From positions 1-59,347 of IMG/VR virus record IMGVR_UViG_3300044646_000633: DNA of 59,347 nucleotides; one strand, written 5' to 3'. The position numbers and the translations under genes were made by a program. Below, piece by piece: positions 18,893 to 26,784 of the stretch; position 1 is the first letter of the stretch, and every line of letters begins with the position of its first letter. This DNA is from a virus (Duplodnaviria; Caudoviricetes). The notes under the pieces are model-generated. The model did no database searches. It worked only from the letters and a program-made list of their open reading frames with translations, and had not been told where the DNA came from.

Positions 18893-20011
18893 TCAGCGGT
18901 TCGCTGCGGCGGTATCGAGGCTGAACACCCCGAAGTCCTGCGCGCCCGTGCCGTCGTGCGTGAACGTGACCTTCTTCATGCCGAAGATCGAAGAGGTCGT
19001 GATGACCACCTTGTCGCCGTTGTCGCGAGTCTCTTCGTTCCAGTCAAAGCGCATGTTCGTGCCCGGGGAGCCGAAGGCCACAACCGCGGCCTGAGAGCCC
19101 ATGAACAACGAGCGAGCGGCCTCGATGTTGGCGCCAGCGCCTGCGTTGCCGAATCGGATCACGTTGCGGTGCGAGTGCAGGATCACGCCGCGGTACATGC
19201 CGAGGGAGCCCTTGAACAGGGGGCTGCTGCGGCCTTCGGCGGCAGCCGCAGCCTTCTGGATGTCCAGCCACTGCCCCGTGGCCGTGTTGGCGCGAAGGTC
19301 GTCCTCCTGGAACGTGTGCATGACGCAGACGAACGTCTCGTTTCCTTCGATCTTGCAGGGCTGCAGCACCGGGATGTTGGTGGCGCCACCGCCCTGTGCG
19401 TCGGCTCGTGTCTTGGCCCGATCCACGAGGCGAAGATCGAATCTGTCGCCCACGGCGATGTTGTTGAAGGCGGTCGCCGCGTTGCCAAACAGGGTGTGAT
19501 TCGCGTCCGGGGTGACCAGTGGGTTACTGGACCGGCCGGCGTATCCCAGCGGCAGCAGAAAGTTCGGGTTCACGCCACGCGCGCCGGACAGGTAGATAAA
19601 CAGCAGCTCATCCATCAGTCGGGCCCACCAGCTCGACTGCTGGCGCTTGGCGCGCTCGCGCAGGTCGTGCAGCGTGCGCTTGCGGGTCATGCGACCGCCC
19701 GTGTTCACGCCACACCGAGCCTGGTCGATGTAGATCGTGTCGGTGTAGAACTTCTGACCTTCTTCCTTGCCTTCGAGGATGTCTTCGCCCTCGACGGGGG
19801 CCATCTTCAGTTCGGCAAGCAGGTCGTAGGAGATCATTTCGCCAGCGTCGGTCTCCAGATCCGTCAAGATCTGAATTGGCACCTCGGCCTCAGAGCCGCG
19901 CGCCATGAATCGCTGGTTGAAATAGGACTTCTGGGACTGATCGAAGGCCAGCAAGCCAGCCCACTTCTTTACAGCCTTGGGATCATTGACCCCGATGATG
20001 GTACGAGCCAT
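18893..20011 (-). CDS. Major capsid protein (N4-gp56/DUF4043-like)
   Basis: LEGKEE...IYIDQARCGV...RKRTLHDLR motif; strong SD. Confidence 0.9.
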   Translation of the reverse strand: MARTIIGVNDPKAVKKWAGLLAFDQSQKSYFNQRFMARGSEAEVPIQILTDLETDAGEMISYDLLAELKMAPVEGEDILEGKEEGQKFYTDTIYIDQARCGVNTGGRMTRKRTLHDLRERAKRQQSSWWARLMDELLFIYLSGARGVNPNFLLPLGYAGRSSNPLVTPDANHTLFGNAATAFNNIAVGDRFDLRLVDRAKTRADAQGGGATNIPVLQPCKIEGNETFVCVMHTFQEDDLRANTATGQWLDIQKAAAAAEGRSSPLFKGSLGMYRGVILHSHRNVIRFGNAGAGANIEAARSLFMGSQAAVVAFGSPGTNMRFDWNEETRDNGDKVVITTSSIFGMKKVTFTHDGTGAQDFGVFSLDTAAANR

Positions 20012-20081
20012 GGAAACACTCCTTTGGGTTGAACCTCAAGGAGCACGTCCTGCGCTCGCCTGCTGCTATCAGCGTGTGGCG

Positions 20082-20300
20082 CTACATTGCCACGCTTGGT
20101 ACGGATTGGTCTTGGTCTGCGAACTCGGTGTTCGCCTTCTCGATTTGCACTGCGGGCGGCGCAGTCACGCGCAGCCGAACCAGTTGGCCGGACTTCTGCT
20201 TTTCAGCAAGCTCGACAACGGCCACGGCCTCACCGAGCCCGCCGCCGAGGGAGAGGACAACCCTCTCCCCGGGGCGAACATCCATCATCAGCGACGGCAT
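20082..20300 (-). CDS. CsrA-like small protein
   Basis: RPGERVVL...SGQLVRLRVTAPPAVQI resembles CsrA (GE.I.I...G.QVRIGI.AP..V.I). Confidence 0.6.
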   Translation of the reverse strand: MPSLMMDVRPGERVVLSLGGGLGEAVAVVELAEKQKSGQLVRLRVTAPPAVQIEKANTEFADQDQSVPSVAM

Positions 20301-20322
20301 GCGCGCTCCAGCCTTCCTTGGG

Positions 20323-21294
20323 TTAGGCCGCGCGCAAGAAACGCTCGCGCTGCGTCGGGGTCATCCGCGCTATCGCTGCCTCGTAGGCCATGCCATCGAG
20401 GGCCAGGACGTCGGCAAACTCGCCTTCCACGTCCCCCGGCCCGTCGCCGCCGGGCACATTGGCCAGCGTTACGGGCACCGCGTCAACGGGCGGAGTGCGC
20501 TTGGCCGATGGCTTGCTGTTGGTGGGCGCCGGGTTGTCTCGGGCCGGTGGCGCGGTCAGTCCGTGAAGGGCCTGCACGCGCCGATGCGCCTCCTGCAGAA
20601 ACCACTCCATCGGCTTGTCCGAATTGGTGGACTTGTTGGCCAGCGTCTTCACGAACTGGTCCAGGTCCTCCATCTTCTCGGAGTCCTTGCGGTAGTCGAG
20701 CCCGCCTTCTTTGGCCGCCTTGTCCAGGAACGAATCGACTGTGTTCTGCCATGCCTGCTGCGCACTCTGCGCAGTCATTTCCTGGCTGATCTCGGCCTTG
20801 GTGCGCGCGATGGTCAGCGTCTCGCGCTCGCTCAGAAGCTCGGCGCGCTGGGTCTCGAAGTCGTCGAACTCCATTTCGCCGGATCGGAACTTGCGCTTCA
20901 ACTCCGCTTCGCGCTCGGCAAGCTCCTGCACCTTGGTGTCGTAGTCCGCGGGAAGGGGCGCCTCGTAGCGCGAGCCCTGCTGGCGGGCCTGCGCGGGGGC
21001 GGGCGTTTCATCGGCGGCGGGATCGGTCGCGGCGGCCGGCGCATCTTCGGTCTTGTCGGCGGCGGCCTTGTCGGCGGCGCCCTTGCCTTCGACAGGGGCG
21101 GCGTCGCTCGACGCCTTATCGTCGTCGTCGTCGTCTTCGTCGTCGTCTTCGTCCCGTCCGTCGTTGTCGCTGCCTTCTTCGCCAGCAATACGCTGCATCG
21201 CGGCGAGCTCATCGGGGGTCAAGTCTGAGGACTCGACGGCCTCTCGCTCTTCCGGGGTCAGTGTGGCCAGTGCGTCGGCATCAAGCTTGCTCAT
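20323..21294 (-). CDS. Capsid scaffolding protein
   Basis: Acidic N-terminus, coiled coil, upstream of the capsid gene. Confidence 0.75.
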   Translation of the reverse strand: MSKLDADALATLTPEEREAVESSDLTPDELAAMQRIAGEEGSDNDGRDEDDDEDDDDDDKASSDAAPVEGKGAADKAAADKTEDAPAAATDPAADETPAPAQARQQGSRYEAPLPADYDTKVQELAEREAELKRKFRSGEMEFDDFETQRAELLSERETLTIARTKAEISQEMTAQSAQQAWQNTVDSFLDKAAKEGGLDYRKDSEKMEDLDQFVKTLANKSTNSDKPMEWFLQEAHRRVQALHGLTAPPARDNPAPTNSKPSAKRTPPVDAVPVTLANVPGGDGPGDVEGEFADVLALDGMAYEAAIARMTPTQRERFLRAA

Positions 21295-21350
21295 GCGCGC
21301 GTCCTTTCAGGTTGGTTGGTGGGGGGGTTGGATCCAAAGGTCTTCGCGGG

Positions 21351-21542
21351 TCAATCCGCGTCGTCGGCCGCGACCTTTGCTGCGGCCATCATCTTCTCCT
21401 TGGCCAGGGCCTGCGCTGCAGCAAGCCTCTTAGGGTCGGCCTTGATCTTCTCGGCTTCCATGAGAGTGTTCAGGTCGCCCTCGATCCGCCAGCGGTTGTC
21501 ATCGCTGATGGCGATGGCGCGAGAGGTCTTGGTCTTGGCCAT
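21351..21542 (-). CDS. Small hypothetical protein
   Basis: GGAG SD, good codon usage. Confidence 0.7.
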   Translation of the reverse strand: MAKTKTSRAIAISDDNRWRIEGDLNTLMEAEKIKADPKRLAAAQALAKEKMMAAAKVAADDAD

Positions 21543-21575
21543 GGGGTGCTCCCTGGTTCAGTTGGTGATTGGCGC

Positions 21576-23312
21576 TCAACGGGGTACTGCGCCGATGGTT
21601 GCGAACTCGTCGGCCACCGCCTGCGGGTTGCGCGGCATGGCCGGGCGCGGCGCTGAAGCGGCCGGCGCCGTTGGCCTGGGTGCGGGCGCGGGCACTGCGG
21701 ATGGCGCGGCCTGCGCCGGCAGCCACTGCACGCCCTCGACGGGTCGCCCACCCGGGCCCAGCTTGATCGTGAACTTGGCGCCGGGCGGAATCTTGCCCGC
21801 AGCGCCAGCGGCCTCTGCCTCGGCCATGGTGTTGAACACCAGCGGTGCGGCACCGGCTGCACCTGTGGGCGCGGGCGCCGGAGCGCCCGGGGCGGGGGCG
21901 CCACCAGCACGGGCTGTCGACATCGCGTCAAAGAACTCCAGCGCCTGTCTGGTGACCTTCTCGGCCTCCTTCGCGCTCCCCTGGCTGGCGGTGACTGCCT
22001 TGCCGTAGATGTCGCGGGCGAACTCTTCGCGCGACTGCGTGCGCGACTGGTTGGCCCACACGAGGGCATCGGCCATGCTGTTGACGCCAGGCACCTTGGC
22101 GTCGAGCGCCCACTTGGCAAGCTGCACGGTCGCGGGCGCATCCTTGCCTACCGTGCCGGGTGCTGCGCTGATGATGCCGACCTTCACCGCCTCAAGGTCT
22201 GCGGCCGTGGCGCTCGGATTGTTCTGCTTGTAAAGGGCGACCGCGGCGTTGGCGCGCGTCTCCGCCTCCTTTCGGGCCTGGGAGTCCGAAGCGGCCTGTC
22301 GTCTTGCGGCTGCATCGGCCCGCGCGTTGTCCGCCTTGATGTTGTCGATGCTGGCGCCAGTCTGTGCAACCTGGTTGGTGTTGCCGGCCACCTGGGATGT
22401 CGTCAGGTTCTCGTCCCTGATTGCCTGGGCAAGGTCCTTGTTGACCTCTTCCATCATCTTCAGAGCGCGCGTCGGGTTCACGTCCAGCAGGCCAACGGCG
22501 GCGTACAGCTTGGCCTGCTCGCCACGGCTCAGGGTTTCAAACCGCGCCCTGCCGTCGTTGCCAACTACGGACAGGCCCACCAGTCCGTTCTTGTCCGGCG
22601 TGGACATCGTGATCCGCCTGGATGTTTGGTTCACGAAGACCGTCGTTGCGCCGATCTGGTCCTCGGTCGCCTTGTACTCCTTGGTGCGCTGGGCGACGAA
22701 GGCATCTTCGGCCGCGGTGCGGCGCTCGGCCTCAAGCGAGCGCAGTCGCTCAATGTCGCCCGTCGCTGCAGCGATGGCCGCCATCTGGCCGCTCACGCGC
22801 TGGCGGTACTCGGGCGACAGCGGATCGACAGCGCCTCGCACCGTCAGGGCTTGCTCGTTGGCGGCGTTGGATCCACCGCGCACCGCAGGCGCTGCAGGCA
22901 TGACGCCTGCGGCCGGGCCCGTGACTGCGGGCGCGGGACCGACGGCCGCGTCCGGCGCTGCAGCAGCTGGCGCCTGGGCGGCGGCTGGCATCACCCCTTG
23001 GCGCGCTGCGTTCTCGGCCATCACGGCGTTGTCGGACGCCTGCAGTGCCGCGTTGAAGTCGGCATCGAGGGCTGCATTGGTTGCGGGCCGATCGACGCCC
23101 TGAATCGTGTCGGTCAGGCCGCGCGTCAGTTGCGCAACCTCGGATCGTCTGCGCGCTTCCTCTGTGGCAGCGTTGATCTGCAGGCGGGTTGCTTCCTTGC
23201 GAAGCTCGCGCTCTTCGTCTTCCTTCTTCTGCCGTTCGACCCGCTCCTTGCGGTCGAGGGCATCGGTTGCGATGCGGCTGCCAAGCCCAAAGCCAGCCTG
23301 AAAGGCGCCCAT
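21576..23312 (-). CDS. Putative internal virion / DNA ejection protein
   Basis: MGAFQAGFGLG start, helical and Ala-rich, follows pilot-like gene. Confidence 0.6.
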   Translation of the reverse strand: MGAFQAGFGLGSRIATDALDRKERVERQKKEDEERELRKEATRLQINAATEEARRRSEVAQLTRGLTDTIQGVDRPATNAALDADFNAALQASDNAVMAENAARQGVMPAAAQAPAAAAPDAAVGPAPAVTGPAAGVMPAAPAVRGGSNAANEQALTVRGAVDPLSPEYRQRVSGQMAAIAAATGDIERLRSLEAERRTAAEDAFVAQRTKEYKATEDQIGATTVFVNQTSRRITMSTPDKNGLVGLSVVGNDGRARFETLSRGEQAKLYAAVGLLDVNPTRALKMMEEVNKDLAQAIRDENLTTSQVAGNTNQVAQTGASIDNIKADNARADAAARRQAASDSQARKEAETRANAAVALYKQNNPSATAADLEAVKVGIISAAPGTVGKDAPATVQLAKWALDAKVPGVNSMADALVWANQSRTQSREEFARDIYGKAVTASQGSAKEAEKVTRQALEFFDAMSTARAGGAPAPGAPAPAPTGAAGAAPLVFNTMAEAEAAGAAGKIPPGAKFTIKLGPGGRPVEGVQWLPAQAAPSAVPAPAPRPTAPAASAPRPAMPRNPQAVADEFATIGAVPR

Positions 23313-23314
23313 CT

Positions 23315-24331
23315 TTAGACCTCCACCATTTCAAGACCGAGGCGCTTGTAGTCCACCGAAGCGAACCCGAGATCGTCGCGCGATACGGCATCCGGGAACT
23401 TGCTTTCCACCTCGTCGGCCATGACCCCGCGGTAACGCTTGCCATCGGTCGTCCCGATGTAGGCGAACTCGTAGAGACCCAGGCCCGTGCGCTCGTCGCG
23501 GCCCACGGGGACCACGCCCGTTTTCAGGCGCGGGTCCGAGGGAAGAAACTTGGTCGTTGCCGCGCCGGCTGCCGCACCAAGGATGGTGTTGAACGGATCG
23601 CTCGATGCGGCGATCTGGTCCTGCGCGTTCTTGAATCCGGCCTGGGCGTTGAACATGCTGCTCGCGTTGGCGCCCATCTGTCCGGCGACGGTGGCAGCGG
23701 CTCCGTATCCACTATTCATGCCGGAGACGCCAGAGTTCACCACGTTCACACCGCCAGCGGCCATGCTCGCGCCCTGGCCGGTGGCCTGCATGCTCATCGC
23801 CGGGTAGCCGGCAAGCGCGTTGTTCGCGCGGTCGGTCAGGGCGTAGCCTTCGGTGCGCGCGGCGCGGCGCGCGTTGTTGGAGGCGCCGGCCCTCACGGCC
23901 GCTTCGCCCAGGACAAGGGCTGTGTCATCAGATCGACCAGAGCCCGGCATGACGCCACGTCGCGCCAGATCCCGGGCCGAGGATGCGCGTGCGTTGGCAA
24001 TGGCGATAGAAGCATCGGCGCCGGCCTGTCGAGCCAACACGTCTGCGCGCTGGTTGGCGTCGAAGGTCGTGGCGTCGTTGGCCATGCGGTCCTGCACGCC
24101 GGACAGCATGGAGCGCCTGGTGAGCATCCATTCGCGATCAGCACGCGAGTCGGCCACGCCTTGGCGTGCGCTATCGAGCGCAAACTGCGTGACCTCGCGC
24201 TGCAGCGGCAGCATGCTTTCGCTGTTGGCAAGGATGCGATTGAGGGCCCTGTCCTGGCTGTCCATGGATCGGACTTGCGCCTCAACAAGTCGCGGGTCTG
24301 GCGCTGGCGCGCTTGAGCTTTTGCTACCCAT
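23315..24331 (-). CDS. Putative ejection/pilot protein with C-terminal peptidase S74-like domain
   Basis: MGSKSSSAPAPDP start; SDPRLK...YEFAY...GVMADEV...VDY. Confidence 0.75.
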   Translation of the reverse strand: MGSKSSSAPAPDPRLVEAQVRSMDSQDRALNRILANSESMLPLQREVTQFALDSARQGVADSRADREWMLTRRSMLSGVQDRMANDATTFDANQRADVLARQAGADASIAIANARASSARDLARRGVMPGSGRSDDTALVLGEAAVRAGASNNARRAARTEGYALTDRANNALAGYPAMSMQATGQGASMAAGGVNVVNSGVSGMNSGYGAAATVAGQMGANASSMFNAQAGFKNAQDQIAASSDPFNTILGAAAGAATTKFLPSDPRLKTGVVPVGRDERTGLGLYEFAYIGTTDGKRYRGVMADEVESKFPDAVSRDDLGFASVDYKRLGLEMVEV

Positions 24332-24752
24332 GCTTGTTCTCCAGGAATCGGCACTCATCGCGCCACATGACATAGAGGATCACGTCACCACCATCGGCAG
24401 CCGCGGCCCGAAGGCGGGCCTCTTCTCGAAAACCCAGGTGCTCGTCGAAGCGACGCGCGACCTTGTTGTTGGCGTCCACGTAGCCGCTGACGCGCTTGAG
24501 CCCGCAGACCAGGAACGGGTAGGCGAAGCACGCGCGCAGGTAGTCGCGTGTCAACCAGCGAGCGCCGGGCTCTGCGGCGACATGCATCCAGGCGTTGAAC
24601 TGGTTGATGCCCTCAAAGAGCACGCCGGCCACCAGTCGGCCGCTGCGCTGCAGGCCAATGGCCACCATGTCCTCGGACGTGCGCATGCCCGGGATCAGCG
24701 AGCGCATGAATGCCGCGACCTTGGGCACGTCGTAGACAAAAGCGTGGGACAT
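24324..24752 (-). CDS. GNAT-family N-acetyltransferase
   Basis: N..ARRFDEHLGFREEA motif; typical neighbour of podovirus ejection genes. Confidence 0.8.
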   Translation of the reverse strand: MSHAFVYDVPKVAAFMRSLIPGMRTSEDMVAIGLQRSGRLVAGVLFEGINQFNAWMHVAAEPGARWLTRDYLRACFAYPFLVCGLKRVSGYVDANNKVARRFDEHLGFREEARLRAAAADGGDVILYVMWRDECRFLENKHG

Positions 24753-24781
24753 AGACGGCAAGCCTGCCACGCTTGCCACGG

Positions 24782-25276
24782 TCAAGGCTGCCGCAGCGCG
24801 TCGTAGGCGCGCTCGCAGGCGGCTCCGGCCGCGCCTCGCGCGTCCGCTACCGCAGCAAGGTGTCTACCAGCCGCTTCCAGGCGTCCAAGCACGTCGGAGA
24901 GCACTGCTCCGGGTTCGGTGGTTGCCTGGCTTCCTGGGGCAGCGGCGGCTTCTGCGGTGGCGGCACAACGGGCGGCGACGGCGGCGGCGCGGTGGCGCAG
25001 GCCGTCACCAGCAACGCGAGCATCGACAGCAGCAGCCGCGTTGCGACGGAGTTGGTCCTGAGTGTCACGGGCGATCTCCTGGTGCTTTCGCACCCAAGCG
25101 GTTTCAACGGCGCGGTATTCGGCCTGGGCCTGGAGGGCGGCGGCAGCCGACTGCTGGCGCTCGGTCTGGATCTGGGCGCGAAGCTCGGCGACCTTGATCC
25201 GCTCAAGCTGCAGGCGCCAGGTCTGCACGCCAGTCAGGACCGCGCCGACCGCAATGGCCACGGCCAGGGCCCTCAC
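24782..25276 (-). CDS. Rz-like inner-membrane spanin
   Basis: GTG overlapping the lysin stop; N-terminal TM, coiled coil, C-terminal ACERAYDAL. Confidence 0.8.
   Translation of the reverse strand: MRALAVAIAVGAVLTGVQTWRLQLERIKVAELRAQIQTERQQSAAAALQAQAEYRAVETAWVRKHQEIARDTQDQLRRNAAAAVDARVAGDGLRHRAAAVAARCAATAEAAAAPGSQATTEPGAVLSDVLGRLEAAGRHLAAVADARGAAGAACERAYDALRQP
24847..25068 (-). CDS. Rz1-like outer-membrane lipoprotein spanin embedded in Rz
   Basis: AGGAG SD + GTG, lipobox LVTAC, Pro-rich mature part. Confidence 0.75.
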   Translation of the reverse strand: MTLRTNSVATRLLLSMLALLVTACATAPPPSPPVVPPPQKPPLPQEARQPPNPEQCSPTCLDAWKRLVDTLLR

Positions 25277-26214
25277 AGCCAGCCCTCGTACTTCGGCGAC
25301 CTCACGACGAGGACGTCGTGGACGTGGTGCCGGTTTATGTCGCACGCGCTGCGGCTTCCGTACAGCGGCGCGCGGGACTTGGTGCACGTCCCCTCAACGT
25401 GCCCAAACCATCGCTGAGCATCGCACGCGGGCGTCACTTGGCAGGCCCTGCGGTCACGCTGCACGCCACCCATGCCGCCGTTGTACGCGGCGTCGGTGAA
25501 GGCCAGCCGCTCCATGGGGTCCCCGATCATGCGCAACACGGTGTAGTCGTCCCGGGTTTTCAGGATCACGGCGCGGATCTGCAGGTCGGGCCGCTGGTAG
25601 ACGTTGGCCCACGACCACTCGCGCAGCGCCGGATGGCGGTCTCGCATTTCTTGCAGGGCGTCAAAGCGCAGCCGGCCGTCTGGACTCCATGCGCGCGTGA
25701 TCTGCCCCAAGCCAGCGCCTTCCTCGCGGGCCGACTTCAGGCGGCTCGACGGGTTCCAGCAGCGGCTGTGCCGCAGCGTGATGCAGCTTTCATGCTCGAC
25801 CAGCGCAGGCAGCAACGCGCGCCTGGGATGGTCGGGCCAGTGCCGCTCCTGCTCGACCCGAAAGCTCTCACGGTGGGCCCCGGCAGCGGCAGGAATGTAG
25901 GTGTGCACGTCCTGGGCCCTGGCCACGCCTCCAAACAAGCCCATGAGGCCGTAGGCGACGATGGCCAGCGCGACGAGCGCCAGGCCCGCCCCGATTGGGT
26001 GCTCGCCGGCCTTGCCGAACAGTTGCCTGGCGTCAGCCTCGGGATAGTCGTGCATGGCCTTGCGCGCCAGGTGGACAAAGCCCACCGCCAGCAAAGGCGT
26101 CACCAAGGACAGCAGCAGCATGCCGGTTGTTACCCCCTTGTCGGGGTCTGTGGCCAGCAGCGCGGCCAGCACAACGCCCGACCCGCCGGCCAGAAATAGG
26201 GTGCGAAAACGCAT
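25273..26214 (-). CDS. Lytic transglycosylase endolysin with an N-terminal three-TM domain
   Basis: EHES, GLGQIT and AYNGG SLT motifs; three hydrophobic segments in the first ~100 aa; GGAGG SD. Confidence 0.85.
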   Translation of the reverse strand: MRFRTLFLAGGSGVVLAALLATDPDKGVTTGMLLLSLVTPLLAVGFVHLARKAMHDYPEADARQLFGKAGEHPIGAGLALVALAIVAYGLMGLFGGVARAQDVHTYIPAAAGAHRESFRVEQERHWPDHPRRALLPALVEHESCITLRHSRCWNPSSRLKSAREEGAGLGQITRAWSPDGRLRFDALQEMRDRHPALREWSWANVYQRPDLQIRAVILKTRDDYTVLRMIGDPMERLAFTDAAYNGGMGGVQRDRRACQVTPACDAQRWFGHVEGTCTKSRAPLYGSRSACDINRHHVHDVLVVRSPKYEGWL

Positions 26215-26245
26215 CGTCAATCCTCCATTGGATATCGGGCCGACA

Positions 26246-26734
26246 TCACGGCCCGCTGTAGCCTTGGGCGTTGAAGTACACGGCGCCCGTGCCGGAGGCG
26301 CTAAGCGTGGCGACCTCAAGCAAGGTCGCGGCACTGCCGCGCAATGGCTTTATGAACTTGATGTCGGTGAGTGGCAGCCCCGCCGTTGGAATGCGCACGC
26401 GCCACAGCACGGGGCCGGCTGCGCCATTACGAATGACAAGATCAGTGGCCGTGCCCAGCGGCTCTGACTGCACCTGCACGCCGGTGATGTAGTTGCAAAT
26501 ACCCGCTGCTTGTGCAGCACGGATCGTGACGGGCGTGGTGGTGTTGAGGATGCCGCCTGATGCGGCAGGGTAAGACCAGGATAGCCCGGGGAGCGCGAAA
26601 GGCTCCGTCACAGCGCCGCCGGCCGCGGACATGGCCTGACCCGCGACAGCGATTCTCTCGGCAAAAGTGCCGTCGTTCATATCGACCAAGAGTTTGGTGT
26701 AGCCCTCTTGGTCTTTGAGTTTGATGTCTGGCAT
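26246..26734 (-). CDS. Hypothetical (possibly structural) protein
   Basis: GGAG SD; beta-rich. Confidence 0.65.
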   Translation of the reverse strand: MPDIKLKDQEGYTKLLVDMNDGTFAERIAVAGQAMSAAGGAVTEPFALPGLSWSYPAASGGILNTTTPVTIRAAQAAGICNYITGVQVQSEPLGTATDLVIRNGAAGPVLWRVRIPTAGLPLTDIKFIKPLRGSAATLLEVATLSASGTGAVYFNAQGYSGP

Positions 26735-26784
26735 GTTGGCTTCTCCGAAATGGGTTGACTGTTGGCCCTGGGTTGCTGGTGCGG

